A stretch of 35,187 bases of DNA from Chitinophagales bacterium (GCA_036719905.1 DAIMNW010000002.1:1-35187); one strand, 5' to 3'. Shown: positions 27,180-35,160, numbered from the stretch's first letter. Notes: a model not told the origin generated them from the sequence alone. Program-made: numbers and translations.

Positions 27180-28658
27180 GTGAAAAAAGAATTGGCCATA
27201 CTATTGTTGATTGTTACTGCCATCAGTTGTAAAAAACTGATTAATGGCGATGCCCATGCCAATCAGCCACCCGAAACCCATACCTTAATAGATACAATTA
27301 TTCGCAGCGGCGCCAACCGCCTCAATTCGCAAGTACATATACAATGGTGGGGAAGCGATGTGGATGGTTTTGTAAAAGGCTATCAATATACTTTTGCCAA
27401 AAACATTAGCAGCTCAACCAGCTGGGCATTTACCAGCAAACGCGACAGCATTTTTTCACTTTCCACCCCTCCCGGGCAGGACACTGCCGATTTTTCTTTC
27501 TGGGTGAGGGCAATTGATAATCAAGGTTTGGCCGACCCAACTCCTGCTCATTTAATCTATCCCGTTAAAAACACAGCACCAAATGTTAGCTTTCTTCCGG
27601 GTATCTACAATCCCAAGAAAACTTTTCCGGTAGTCAGGTTTTACTGGAAAGGGTACGATTTGGATGGCGATGACAATTTGCTCCGCTATGAACTTATTTT
27701 TAACGACACCACCCTTGCGCCGGCGCAGGTTGATGCCAGCACCACGAGCGCCATTTTTGAAGCTGCCAGCCTGGCTACTTCAACAGTAGCCTGTAAAATT
27801 TACCCCAACAATAATAGCTCAGCCATAGCCACTCAGGTGGCTAACTTTAAACTGAACGCCAACAATGTTTTATTTGTGAGAGCCATTGATAAGAGCGAAG
27901 CTAAATCGGCATGGGTAGGCACCGATACTTTTTTTGTAAAAAAACCAAAAGGTAATAAACTACTGGTTGATGCCAACCTGATTCCCTCTTCCACTGCCAC
28001 CCAGTTTTATGCTCAGCGCATGGCCACACAAGGTTACACCAATCTAGATACCCTGCAGATTTTTGAACAAGCGGCTGGTGTTTATACCCAACTTTCGGCC
28101 GATAATGCTACCCAGGCCAAAGTTTTTGAACTGTTTGATTTGATAGTTTGGTATGGCAACACGGCATCGTCGTCATTGTCCTTAACCCAAAAAACCACCA
28201 CACCATTTTTTAATAAGAATGGCAAAATGTTTATGGCCTTGTATGTCAATTCATTATTCGATGAGCAATCCTCGTTTCTGAATTTCACACCTGCCCAATC
28301 ACTTGTTTCGCCGCCTGACACCAATTTGATATTAGCCACCGATTCGTTGCTTAACCCATTGGTGAGCGGCTGGCCAATTTTAAAATCTACTTCATACGTA
28401 GGGGTGGTAAAACCCATGAATCTCTTTCCTGGCTCGGTACCACTCTATTCTTCGCATCTGTCAGCCAAGGATATTGTAAACAACCCCCCTCCGCCATATC
28501 CATTGTGGGCAGGCAATTCTATCGTATTGGCCGAAAGGAAAAACCCGGGCAATAATCAACCCAACTTTATCCTAAGTACCCTATCGCTTCAAACCCTGGA
28601 CGGAAATGCCAACATTGATTTGCTTTGGGACAAGGTATTAGCCGAATTTGGGCTGTAA
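27180..28658 (+). CDS. Hypothetical lipoprotein with duplicated N-terminal modules (GTG start)
   Basis: MKKELAILLLIVTAISC lipobox. Two tandem modules share h-h-W-x-G-x-D-x-DG....Y-x-h and (F)VRAID motifs. No family recognised. Confidence 0.5.
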   Translation: MKKELAILLLIVTAISCKKLINGDAHANQPPETHTLIDTIIRSGANRLNSQVHIQWWGSDVDGFVKGYQYTFAKNISSSTSWAFTSKRDSIFSLSTPPGQDTADFSFWVRAIDNQGLADPTPAHLIYPVKNTAPNVSFLPGIYNPKKTFPVVRFYWKGYDLDGDDNLLRYELIFNDTTLAPAQVDASTTSAIFEAASLATSTVACKIYPNNNSSAIATQVANFKLNANNVLFVRAIDKSEAKSAWVGTDTFFVKKPKGNKLLVDANLIPSSTATQFYAQRMATQGYTNLDTLQIFEQAAGVYTQLSADNATQAKVFELFDLIVWYGNTASSSLSLTQKTTTPFFNKNGKMFMALYVNSLFDEQSSFLNFTPAQSLVSPPDTNLILATDSLLNPLVSGWPILKSTSYVGVVKPMNLFPGSVPLYSSHLSAKDIVNNPPPPYPLWAGNSIVLAERKNPGNNQPNFILSTLSLQTLDGNANIDLLWDKVLAEFGL

Positions 28659-28673
28659 TCAGAACATAAAAAA

Positions 28674-30353
28674 ATGCCGTTCCAATTTCCGATTAGTAAT
28701 GATGAACTGGAAGATTTATTCAAAGAACTATCCGTTCTTATGGATTTGCATGGCGAAAATGAGTTTAAGGCCAAATCCTATCAGGCCATTTCCTTTCAAA
28801 TAAGCCGATTGCAGCAGGAACTAAGCATTTTGGAACCTGAGCAAATAAAAAAAATTCCAAGCCTTGGCAGCACCACCGGCAGCAAGATTATTGACATTTT
28901 TAATACCGGCCAATTGCCGCAGCTAGATGAATTGCGACAGAAAACCCCCGAAGGACTCTTTGAAATATTAAAAATAAAAGGATTAGGGCCCAAGAAAGTG
29001 CGCTCCATTTGGCAGCAATTAGAAATTGAAAATATAGGGGAACTAGAATACGCCTGCGAAGAAAATCGTCTCAAAGATTTAAAAGGTTTTGGCGAAAAAA
29101 CACAAACGGCCGTTCTGGAATCTATCCAGTTTTTGAAATCAAACCGCGACAAATTTTTCTACTCAGAGGGAAACACAGTGGCCACACAACTTCTAGAAAT
29201 AATAAGTCACGAACTCCCCGATGCTCAAGTGCAACTTACCGGTGAACTGCGCCGCAAGTGTAACACCTTGAGTGCTATTGAATTAATTACCACAGCCGAG
29301 CCCGAACAATTGGAGTTTCTGACCGAGTTGGAATATATTTCAGAATGGGAGCCAACAGAAGAAGGCTGTTCAGCAAAATTTCTTCTGCGGTATCCAATTA
29401 AAATTATTTGCTGCCCCGAAGAAGAATTTGCCATTCGTTTATTTTTCAGCACCGGTAGCGAAAAACATGTAGAGCAAATCAATGTTTCTACCATTGAAAC
29501 CTATAAAGATGAAACAGAAATCTATGAAGCAGCAGGCTTGTCTTTTATTGAACCCGAACTTCGAGAAGGCACCCATGAGGTGGTATTAGCCAGGCAAAAT
29601 CAGCGTCCTATACTGCTTACCGATTCAGATATAAAAGGAGTAATTCACCTGCACACCAATTTCAGCGATGGCAAAAACACCCTGAAAGAAATGGCCGATA
29701 GGGCAATTGAGTTGGGCTACCAATACATGTGTGTAAGCGACCATTCGCAAACAGCCAGCTATGCCGGCGGCCTAAGCCCACAACGCGTTATAGAACAGCA
29801 AGTTGCAATAGAAAAGTTGAACATAGAATTGGCCCCGTTTAGAATCTTTAGTGGTATTGAGTCCGACATATTGGGCGATGGAAGCCTCGATTATACTGAA
29901 GATGTACTACAAACGTTCGATTTTGTAATTGCCTCAGTTCATCAGAATATCTATATGAATGAAGAAACAGCTATGCGCAGATTGCTCACGGCCATTAATA
30001 ATCCATACACTACTTTCCTCGGCCATCCAACCGGCCGCCTGCTTTTGTCACGTAAAGGCTACCCAATAAACCACAAGGCAATAATAGATGCCTGTGCCAA
30101 AAAGGGGGTGGTAATTGAATTAAATGCCAGCCCTTATCGGCTTGATCTGGATTGGGCATGGATACCTTATGCTATGGAAAAAGGTGTTTTAATTAGCATT
30201 AATCCCGATGCACACAAGCTAAAAGGCATCGAAGATATTCAATTTGGAGTAGCTTCGGCACGTAAAGGAGGCCTTACAGCCTCCAATTGCTTTAATTATA
30301 AAACCGCCACAGAGGCTAATCGCTGGTTTCTTGATAGAAAAAGAAAGCTATAG
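28674..30353 (+). CDS. polX: Family X DNA polymerase homolog with PHP domain (PolX); polymerase active site apparently degenerate
   Basis: HhH motifs (IPSLGSTTGSKI, IKGLGPKKV, LKGFGEKT), a palm GELRRKCNTLSAIELI and a thumb STGS. PHP motifs are HLHTNFSDG, VSDHS, GIESD, SVHQ, GHPTGR and NPDAH. Confidence 0.85.
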   Translation: MPFQFPISNDELEDLFKELSVLMDLHGENEFKAKSYQAISFQISRLQQELSILEPEQIKKIPSLGSTTGSKIIDIFNTGQLPQLDELRQKTPEGLFEILKIKGLGPKKVRSIWQQLEIENIGELEYACEENRLKDLKGFGEKTQTAVLESIQFLKSNRDKFFYSEGNTVATQLLEIISHELPDAQVQLTGELRRKCNTLSAIELITTAEPEQLEFLTELEYISEWEPTEEGCSAKFLLRYPIKIICCPEEEFAIRLFFSTGSEKHVEQINVSTIETYKDETEIYEAAGLSFIEPELREGTHEVVLARQNQRPILLTDSDIKGVIHLHTNFSDGKNTLKEMADRAIELGYQYMCVSDHSQTASYAGGLSPQRVIEQQVAIEKLNIELAPFRIFSGIESDILGDGSLDYTEDVLQTFDFVIASVHQNIYMNEETAMRRLLTAINNPYTTFLGHPTGRLLLSRKGYPINHKAIIDACAKKGVVIELNASPYRLDLDWAWIPYAMEKGVLISINPDAHKLKGIEDIQFGVASARKGGLTASNCFNYKTATEANRWFLDRKRKL

Positions 30354-30354
30354 G

Positions 30355-30385
30355 TTTGGTTTTTTTGCCACTAAAATTATCTTTG
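30355..30385 (+). promoter_or_regulatory. Candidate tRNA-Lys promoter: TTTG-N19-TATCTTTG
   Basis: TTTG at 30355-30358, a 19-nt spacer, then an exact TAnnTTTG at 30378-30385, about 60 nt upstream of the mature tRNA 5' end. Confidence 0.45.
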
Positions 30386-30448
30386 CAGTCCCTTAAAAAT
30401 CGTGAAAGTGGAATTTGAGAAGAGTTTTTAACACTTCTCTTTAGTAAT

Positions 30449-30521
30449 GATTCCGTAGCTCAGCCGGTAGAGCATAACACTTTTAATGTTGGGGTCCTGG
30501 GTTCGAGTCCCAGCGGGATCA
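30449..30521 (+). tRNA. tRNA-Lys (anticodon UUU)
   Basis: Manual cloverleaf: acceptor GATTCCG/CGGGATC, D arm GCTC-AGCCGGT-AGAGC, anticodon arm TAACA-CTTTTAA-TGTTG (anticodon TTT), variable GGGTC, T arm CTGGG-TTCGAGT-CCCAG, discriminator A. 73 nt, with no encoded CCA. Confidence 0.93.
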
Positions 30522-30528
30522 CAAAAAA

Positions 30529-30566
30529 GGATTGAAAACTGACTGTTTTCAATCCTTTTTCTTTTT
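30529..30566 (+). terminator. Rho-independent terminator after tRNA-Lys
   Basis: GGATTGAAAAC (30529-30539), loop TGACT, GTTTTCAATCC (30545-30555) form a perfect 11-bp stem followed by TTTTTCTTTTT. Confidence 0.8.
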
Positions 30567-30667
30567 GCCACAAGCTAATTCTCAAAGTCAAAAGCCGCTA
30601 TTTCAAAATTTAATAATCTTCAATTTCAAAATCATTTTTGCACCCAATCTGATATATAAATTAGCAG

Positions 30668-30712
30668 TATGACATTAGTCATATGCCGCCCAATCGTTAG
30701 AATCTATATTTA
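30668..30712 (+). promoter_or_regulatory. Candidate activator-dependent promoter: palindrome TATGAC-ATTA-GTCATA plus -7-like box TATATTTA
   Basis: Perfect 6+4+6 palindrome at 30668-30683 with FNR/CRP-like 5-N4-5 geometry. A 7/8 match to TAnnTTTG lies at 30705-30712. The distance from palindrome centre to the first T of the box is 29.5 bp, identical to the site at 32058-32102. Confidence 0.45.
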
Positions 30713-30823
30713 TGGTATAATTTATTTGACTGGTGGTAATAGAAGATATTAAACTTGGAAATGTTAAGTTATATAGTCAGCAATATTATTATGCATTAAT
30801 CAAACAGTGGTAAATATTTAAAC

Positions 30824-31654
30824 ATGAAAAAAATTTTAGTACCAACAGACTTTTCCTCTGGTTCCATGGATGCCATTCATTATGCCATTGAAATAGCCCT
30901 TACCCAAAATGCCGATATCATTTTGTTTCATAGTATCATTCCTGTTTATAGCGGCGATACCAGTACTTATGCCATCAACTTTATGGAAGAATACTATGAT
31001 TACAAGAAAAAGGAATTAGACAAACTGGTTGAAAAAATTTATAGAACCAATCCGGCGTATAGAAAGATTAAAATTAAAGCAGTTAGTAATCTAGGATTTA
31101 CTGCCGAAAATATTATTCTAACAGCTAAGTCAAATAAAGTGGACCTGATTGTTATGGGCACAAAAGGGGCTACCGGGTTTAAAGGGCTTATGATAGGAAG
31201 CACCGCTGGTGGTGTAGTTTCAAGAAGCACAATCCCTGTGCTAGTAATTCCGGCCAAAGCCAAGTATCATAAACTGAAGTCGCCATTTGTGTTTGCAACC
31301 GATTTCACAACTCAACCTAGTAAAGGTTCAAAGAAGATATTGGAAAATTTTTGCTCGTTGACATCCCACTGCACTGTAAAGCTTGTTCATGTAGTGGAAT
31401 CAAAGAAGGAGCTTTCTGATGAAAAAGCCATTACACAATGGACAAAGGCTCTTCAAGGTATTAGCGTTCAAGCTGAAACAATCATTCATCCCGATATTAA
31501 CGAAGCTGTAAACAAATATTCTAAAAAAACAAAAGCTGGTATGACGATTATGGTTTCACATCATTACAATATTCTAGAAAGAATGATTTTTCGAAGCATT
31601 ACCAAACATGCGGCTTATAATGTGAAACTGCCATTGCTTGTGCTTGTAAAGTAA
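30824..31654 (+). CDS. Universal stress protein, tandem Usp domains
   Basis: MKKILVPTDFS... and DLIVMGTKGATGFKGLMIGSTAGGVVSRSTIPVLVIP carry the ATP-binding G-2x-G-9x-G(S/T) motif. A second Usp-like half follows. 276 aa. Confidence 0.85.
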   Translation: MKKILVPTDFSSGSMDAIHYAIEIALTQNADIILFHSIIPVYSGDTSTYAINFMEEYYDYKKKELDKLVEKIYRTNPAYRKIKIKAVSNLGFTAENIILTAKSNKVDLIVMGTKGATGFKGLMIGSTAGGVVSRSTIPVLVIPAKAKYHKLKSPFVFATDFTTQPSKGSKKILENFCSLTSHCTVKLVHVVESKKELSDEKAITQWTKALQGISVQAETIIHPDINEAVNKYSKKTKAGMTIMVSHHYNILERMIFRSITKHAAYNVKLPLLVLVK

Positions 31655-31676
31655 GATTTCTATTAGATCTTTTGCC

Positions 31677-32039
31677 TTAAGTCGAAAGGCTAAACCCCTG
31701 TTCGTTTTGTTCTGACAAGGTCCAACTACCTGTAACGCTGGTTTCTAACCAAGCCTTACCGGATTTTCGTACAATCTGAATACGAAGGCCAAAAGATTCA
31801 AGAAACACCTTTTCCAAATCAGCAACCGTCATTTGTGGAGTTATACGTATAACTCCATTATTGTGCTTTTCACGGCATTCACCAATAAGTAGAGATGGTG
31901 AATTAATGCTCTTGAACCTTTTTGATTTTCCGGTGATGGTCGGCTCGGTAAAAAAACGAATTTGGAGATAAGGGAATACCTCACTAAACTCTGACTGAAT
32001 TGTCAGTATTTTTTTAAAATCATTAATTGCTATTTCCAT
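31677..32039 (-). CDS. Hypothetical 120-aa cytoplasmic protein (no family recognised)
   Basis: A clean ORF with its own predicted promoter. No signal peptide or TM segment. Distinctive C-terminus: GLRIQIVRKSGKAWLETSVTGSWTLSEQNEQG. Confidence 0.5.
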   Translation of the reverse strand: MEIAINDFKKILTIQSEFSEVFPYLQIRFFTEPTITGKSKRFKSINSPSLLIGECREKHNNGVIRITPQMTVADLEKVFLESFGLRIQIVRKSGKAWLETSVTGSWTLSEQNEQGFSLST

Positions 32040-32057
32040 TGCGGATTACTAAATGTT

Positions 32058-32102
32058 CAAAAATAAGTTCATCCGCAGGGTTATCCTATGACGATAGTCA
32101 TT
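32058..32102 (-). promoter_or_regulatory. Candidate activator-dependent promoter: palindrome ATGAC-N4-GTCAT plus exact -7 box TATTTTTG
   Basis: Plus-strand TATGACGATAGTCATT lies at 32087-32102 (core 32088-32101). Minus-strand TATTTTTG lies at 32065-32058. The palindrome centre is 29.5 bp upstream of the first T of the box (about -41 relative to the expected TSS), and ATG is at 32039. Confidence 0.5.
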
Positions 32103-32122
32103 AGGGCTATTGACTTGGCGCA

Positions 32123-33184
32123 TTAATTACGCAAGTTGCTCAGTTTCTCGGGGTGAATTATAAAAATCTGGCTACCTTTTATATCAATTAACCCCTCACT
32201 CTTAAAGTCGCTTAATGTTCGAATGGTAGTTTCGGTGGCAGTGCCGGCTAGGTTGGCCAAATCTTCACGAGTAATTTTAACGCTGAAGGGTTGTGTTGTC
32301 TCATCTTTATAGCTATTTAAAAGCTTTATTAGTGAGTCTGCCACTCTTTTTCTAACTGAATTATAAGCCAAATTAAGTAACTGGGTTTCTTTTTCAATAA
32401 TTGAACCTGAAAGCAACTGAATAAATTTTTTAGCGATAGCTTGATTTTTATAAAGAAGTGAATTAAAATCATCAGCCTGAATAAAACATAATTCACTGGA
32501 TTCTAACGCTTCGGCACTTTCTCCGTATTTCCCTTCTTCAATTAAGGATATATAACCCAAAAAATCACCGGCACTATGGAGCCCGGTAATAAACTCTTTA
32601 CCGGCTTCATGTTTTTTAAAGGTTTTCACCTTTCCCGATTTAATAAAAAATATTCCTTTTGGATATGCGCCTTCTTTATAAATAATCCCCTTTTTTTGAT
32701 AAATCAATGGCTCGTCCTTCAAAGCGGCTTTCTTAAAATCGTCTAAATTGCGAATATGTCCTAACAGTTCACCTACACTTTCGATGCTACTTGAAAACTC
32801 TTTTTTAAGCAAATCGATTTTTCTGAATCTGCTTTCTATGGCATTTAAAAGTTCTATATCATCAAATGGTTTCGTTAAATAATCATCAGCACCCATCTCC
32901 ATGCCTTTTCTCAATTCATCGCGTTCGGCTTTTGCTGTCAAGAAAATAAACGGAATGGTAGCTGTATCTTCGTTTTTGGACAGTAGGTGCAACACACCAT
33001 AACCATCTAAAACAGGCATCATAATGTCGCAAACAATAAGGTCTGGATGTTCAGCCTGAGCCATCTCAACACCTTCTTTACCATTTCGGGCGGTTATCAC
33101 ATGGAAGTTGGCTAGCTGCAATATTTCAGCAGTATTCTCTCTCATGTCTTTGTTGTCTTCTATTAATAAAATTTTTTTCATCAT
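32123..33184 (-). CDS. Response regulator fused to a Crp/Fnr-type effector domain and HTH (REC-cNMP-like-HTH_Crp)
   Basis: Receiver: KILLIEDN...DLIVCDIMMPVLDGY...FLTAKAE. Central beta-barrel: IYKEGAYPKGIFFIKSGKVK...GDFLGYISLIEEGKYGESAEAL. C-terminal HTH: ITREDLANLAGTATETTIRTLSDFKSEGLI. Confidence 0.85.
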   Translation of the reverse strand: MMKKILLIEDNKDMRENTAEILQLANFHVITARNGKEGVEMAQAEHPDLIVCDIMMPVLDGYGVLHLLSKNEDTATIPFIFLTAKAERDELRKGMEMGADDYLTKPFDDIELLNAIESRFRKIDLLKKEFSSSIESVGELLGHIRNLDDFKKAALKDEPLIYQKKGIIYKEGAYPKGIFFIKSGKVKTFKKHEAGKEFITGLHSAGDFLGYISLIEEGKYGESAEALESSELCFIQADDFNSLLYKNQAIAKKFIQLLSGSIIEKETQLLNLAYNSVRKRVADSLIKLLNSYKDETTQPFSVKITREDLANLAGTATETTIRTLSDFKSEGLIDIKGSQIFIIHPEKLSNLRN

Positions 33185-34365
33185 GGTTTGAAGCTAATTG
33201 TAAAAGTGGTTCCCACATTCTCTTTACTGGTACATTCAATAGTGCCGTTCATCAATTCAATGTATCTGGCAACAATGTTTAGGCCTAATCCGGTGCCTTG
33301 TATATGCGTAGCATTATTGGCCCTAAAGAAGCGTTCAAAAAGATGTTTCTGATCTTCTTCTGGGATACCAACGCCCCTGTCAGTCACTTCAAGAAGAAAC
33401 TCTGTATAAGACGCTTGAGATGTGACTAAGATTTGGCTATTGTCCGGGGAGAATTTAATGGCATTATTAATCAGATTAAACAAAATGTGACGCAGCATTT
33501 TTTTATCTGTATTTACATATGAAACACCCGAATGTAAATAAATAATTTTCTGTCCTTCTTTAGTTGCTAATTGCAGGTCTGCAATAATTTCGTCAATAAA
33601 TGATTCAAGATTAAGCGATTCTGGCATAAACTGTTCTTTTCCTTCTTCAAGCTTACTCACCGATAAAAAATCATTAAGTATATCAACTAAATTGCTAATA
33701 GAGGATTTTATCTTATTAATATGGGTCCTTTGTTTTTCAAGTTCATTCAACGAACCGTATTTAGTTACCAATGAAAGCGATGAGAGGATGGTGGCTAATG
33801 GAGTTCTAAATTCGTGAGAAGCCATAGAAACAAAACGCGACTTGAGTTCGTTGAGTTCTCTTTCTTTTGCTAGTGCCTCATGGAGCTCCCCCTTGGTTTT
33901 TTCAAGTTCGTTAATTGCCTCTTCTAAAATCAACGTTCGTTTTTTTACCTGATTTTCAAGCTCTACTGAGTAACTTCTCTGTTTTTCTTCTGCTTGATGT
34001 CGAAGTGTGGTATCTATTATAAATGCAATTACAAAATTACCATTCGGGTTGCTAAATGGACTCAGACTTACTTCAACAGGGAATTCGCTACCGTCTTTTT
34101 TTATACCAAACAAATTCATTCCCTTCCCCATTGAACGCGGTATGGGCTGATGTGCATAATGACTTCGATGCTGCTGATGAGAGTTTGAAAAACGTTTTGG
34201 TATTAATACTTCAACTGGTTTGCCAAGCAACTCATTGTTCATGTATCCGAATAATTTTTCTAAACTTGGATTACAACGCATGATATTACCGCTTGAATCG
34301 GCAATTAATATACCCTCGGTGGCATATTTAAAAAGTTCGTCTCCGCCATCATTTTTTTCAATCAT
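33181..34365 (-). CDS. Cytoplasmic PAS-domain sensor histidine kinase
   Basis: N-terminal PAS (ATEGILIADSSGNIMRCNPSLEKLFGY...), a coiled linker, H-box SMASHEFRTPLATI, N-box LINNAIKFS, and G-boxes DRGVGIP and GTGLGLNIV. No TM segment. Its TGA overlaps the regulator ATG (ATGA). Confidence 0.9.
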   Translation of the reverse strand: MIEKNDGGDELFKYATEGILIADSSGNIMRCNPSLEKLFGYMNNELLGKPVEVLIPKRFSNSHQQHRSHYAHQPIPRSMGKGMNLFGIKKDGSEFPVEVSLSPFSNPNGNFVIAFIIDTTLRHQAEEKQRSYSVELENQVKKRTLILEEAINELEKTKGELHEALAKERELNELKSRFVSMASHEFRTPLATILSSLSLVTKYGSLNELEKQRTHINKIKSSISNLVDILNDFLSVSKLEEGKEQFMPESLNLESFIDEIIADLQLATKEGQKIIYLHSGVSYVNTDKKMLRHILFNLINNAIKFSPDNSQILVTSQASYTEFLLEVTDRGVGIPEEDQKHLFERFFRANNATHIQGTGLGLNIVARYIELMNGTIECTSKENVGTTFTISFKP

Positions 34366-34422
34366 AATATTCTATTATTGATTTCAAGCTAAGATAAGCT
34401 TTTGAATTTGATTAATGGCTTT

Positions 34423-35160
34423 CTAACGCACCGCTGAAACCTTTACAGTTGAAGGACTATGGCAGCAACTCACCTCACCAGAACTTGTTTTTATTTCTGG
34501 GCTTAAGTAGGGGATACCTAAGCCTAGGCCCCGAACTATCAAAATGCTACCAACTATTAGCATAATTACTGGATAAGCTTTTCGAATATGCATTCTAATA
34601 CTATAATTAAGTTTACTCCCATAAAAAGTTACAAGAGCCATGGCAGGGAATGTGCCTAACCCGAAGAAGGCCATAAATAAGACACCACTGATTATGTGGC
34701 GGCTGGTTAAAGACGTTGCAGCCGCCATATAAACCAGACCACACGGCAACAAGCCATTAAGTAATCCAATCAATAATAAGGATGCGTTATTACTCGAGCT
34801 CATTAGCTTGCCAAGTAGAGTTCTTATAATCTGAAAATGTTGAACTTTGGTTTGTATTGCATAGCCACTACTACCATGCATAATAATAACATAAAGAATG
34901 ATGACTACACCCATACAAATTGATAACCATTGCTGCCAGCCAAAGTAAGAAACGGAACTTCCTATAACACCAAATAAAAAACCTAGAGTGCTGTAAGTAA
35001 TAATTCGACCTGTATTATAAAGTATGGTGCCGTTAATTTTTGACCAAAAAGTATTTTGCTGAATGGGTAATGCTAGCGCCAATGGGCCGCACATGCCGAT
35101 ACAATGAAAGCTTCCTAGAAAGCCCATTAATACTGCAGGTAGTAGAACTGAGTAGGGCAT
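34423..35160 (-). CDS. Integral membrane protein of the DsbD_2 / TauE-SafE-like family (HCxxMCGP motif)
   Basis: 245 aa and polytopic, with N-terminal GFLGSFHCIGMCGPLALALP. From memory, this family commonly sits at the end of cbb3-oxidase (ccoGH/ccoIS) maturation clusters in Bacteroidota. Confidence 0.65.
   Translation of the reverse strand: MPYSVLLPAVLMGFLGSFHCIGMCGPLALALPIQQNTFWSKINGTILYNTGRIITYSTLGFLFGVIGSSVSYFGWQQWLSICMGVVIILYVIIMHGSSGYAIQTKVQHFQIIRTLLGKLMSSSNNASLLLIGLLNGLLPCGLVYMAAATSLTSRHIISGVLFMAFFGLGTFPAMALVTFYGSKLNYSIRMHIRKAYPVIMLIVGSILIVRGLGLGIPYLSPEIKTSSGEVSCCHSPSTVKVSAVR

Noticed and set aside
32041-32076. Inverted repeat GCGGAT-N24-ATCCGC bracketing the -7 box and the predicted start site of the 120-aa gene
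   Set aside because: The left arm in transcript orientation lies upstream of the predicted start site, so it would not be in the mRNA. The arms are 6 bp with a 24-nt spacer and there is no second instance. It could be a second operator but is unsupported.
34383-34406. Imperfect palindrome TTCAAGCT-AAGATA-AGCTTTTGAA, and a TTGA-N2-TCAA element (complement of 34374-34383), between the membrane-protein gene and the kinase gene
   Set aside because: It does not match the ATGAC-N4-GTCAT core or the 5-N4-5 geometry. The arms need a 2-nt bulge. It is as likely a weak terminator or chance in AT-rich spacer as a regulatory site.
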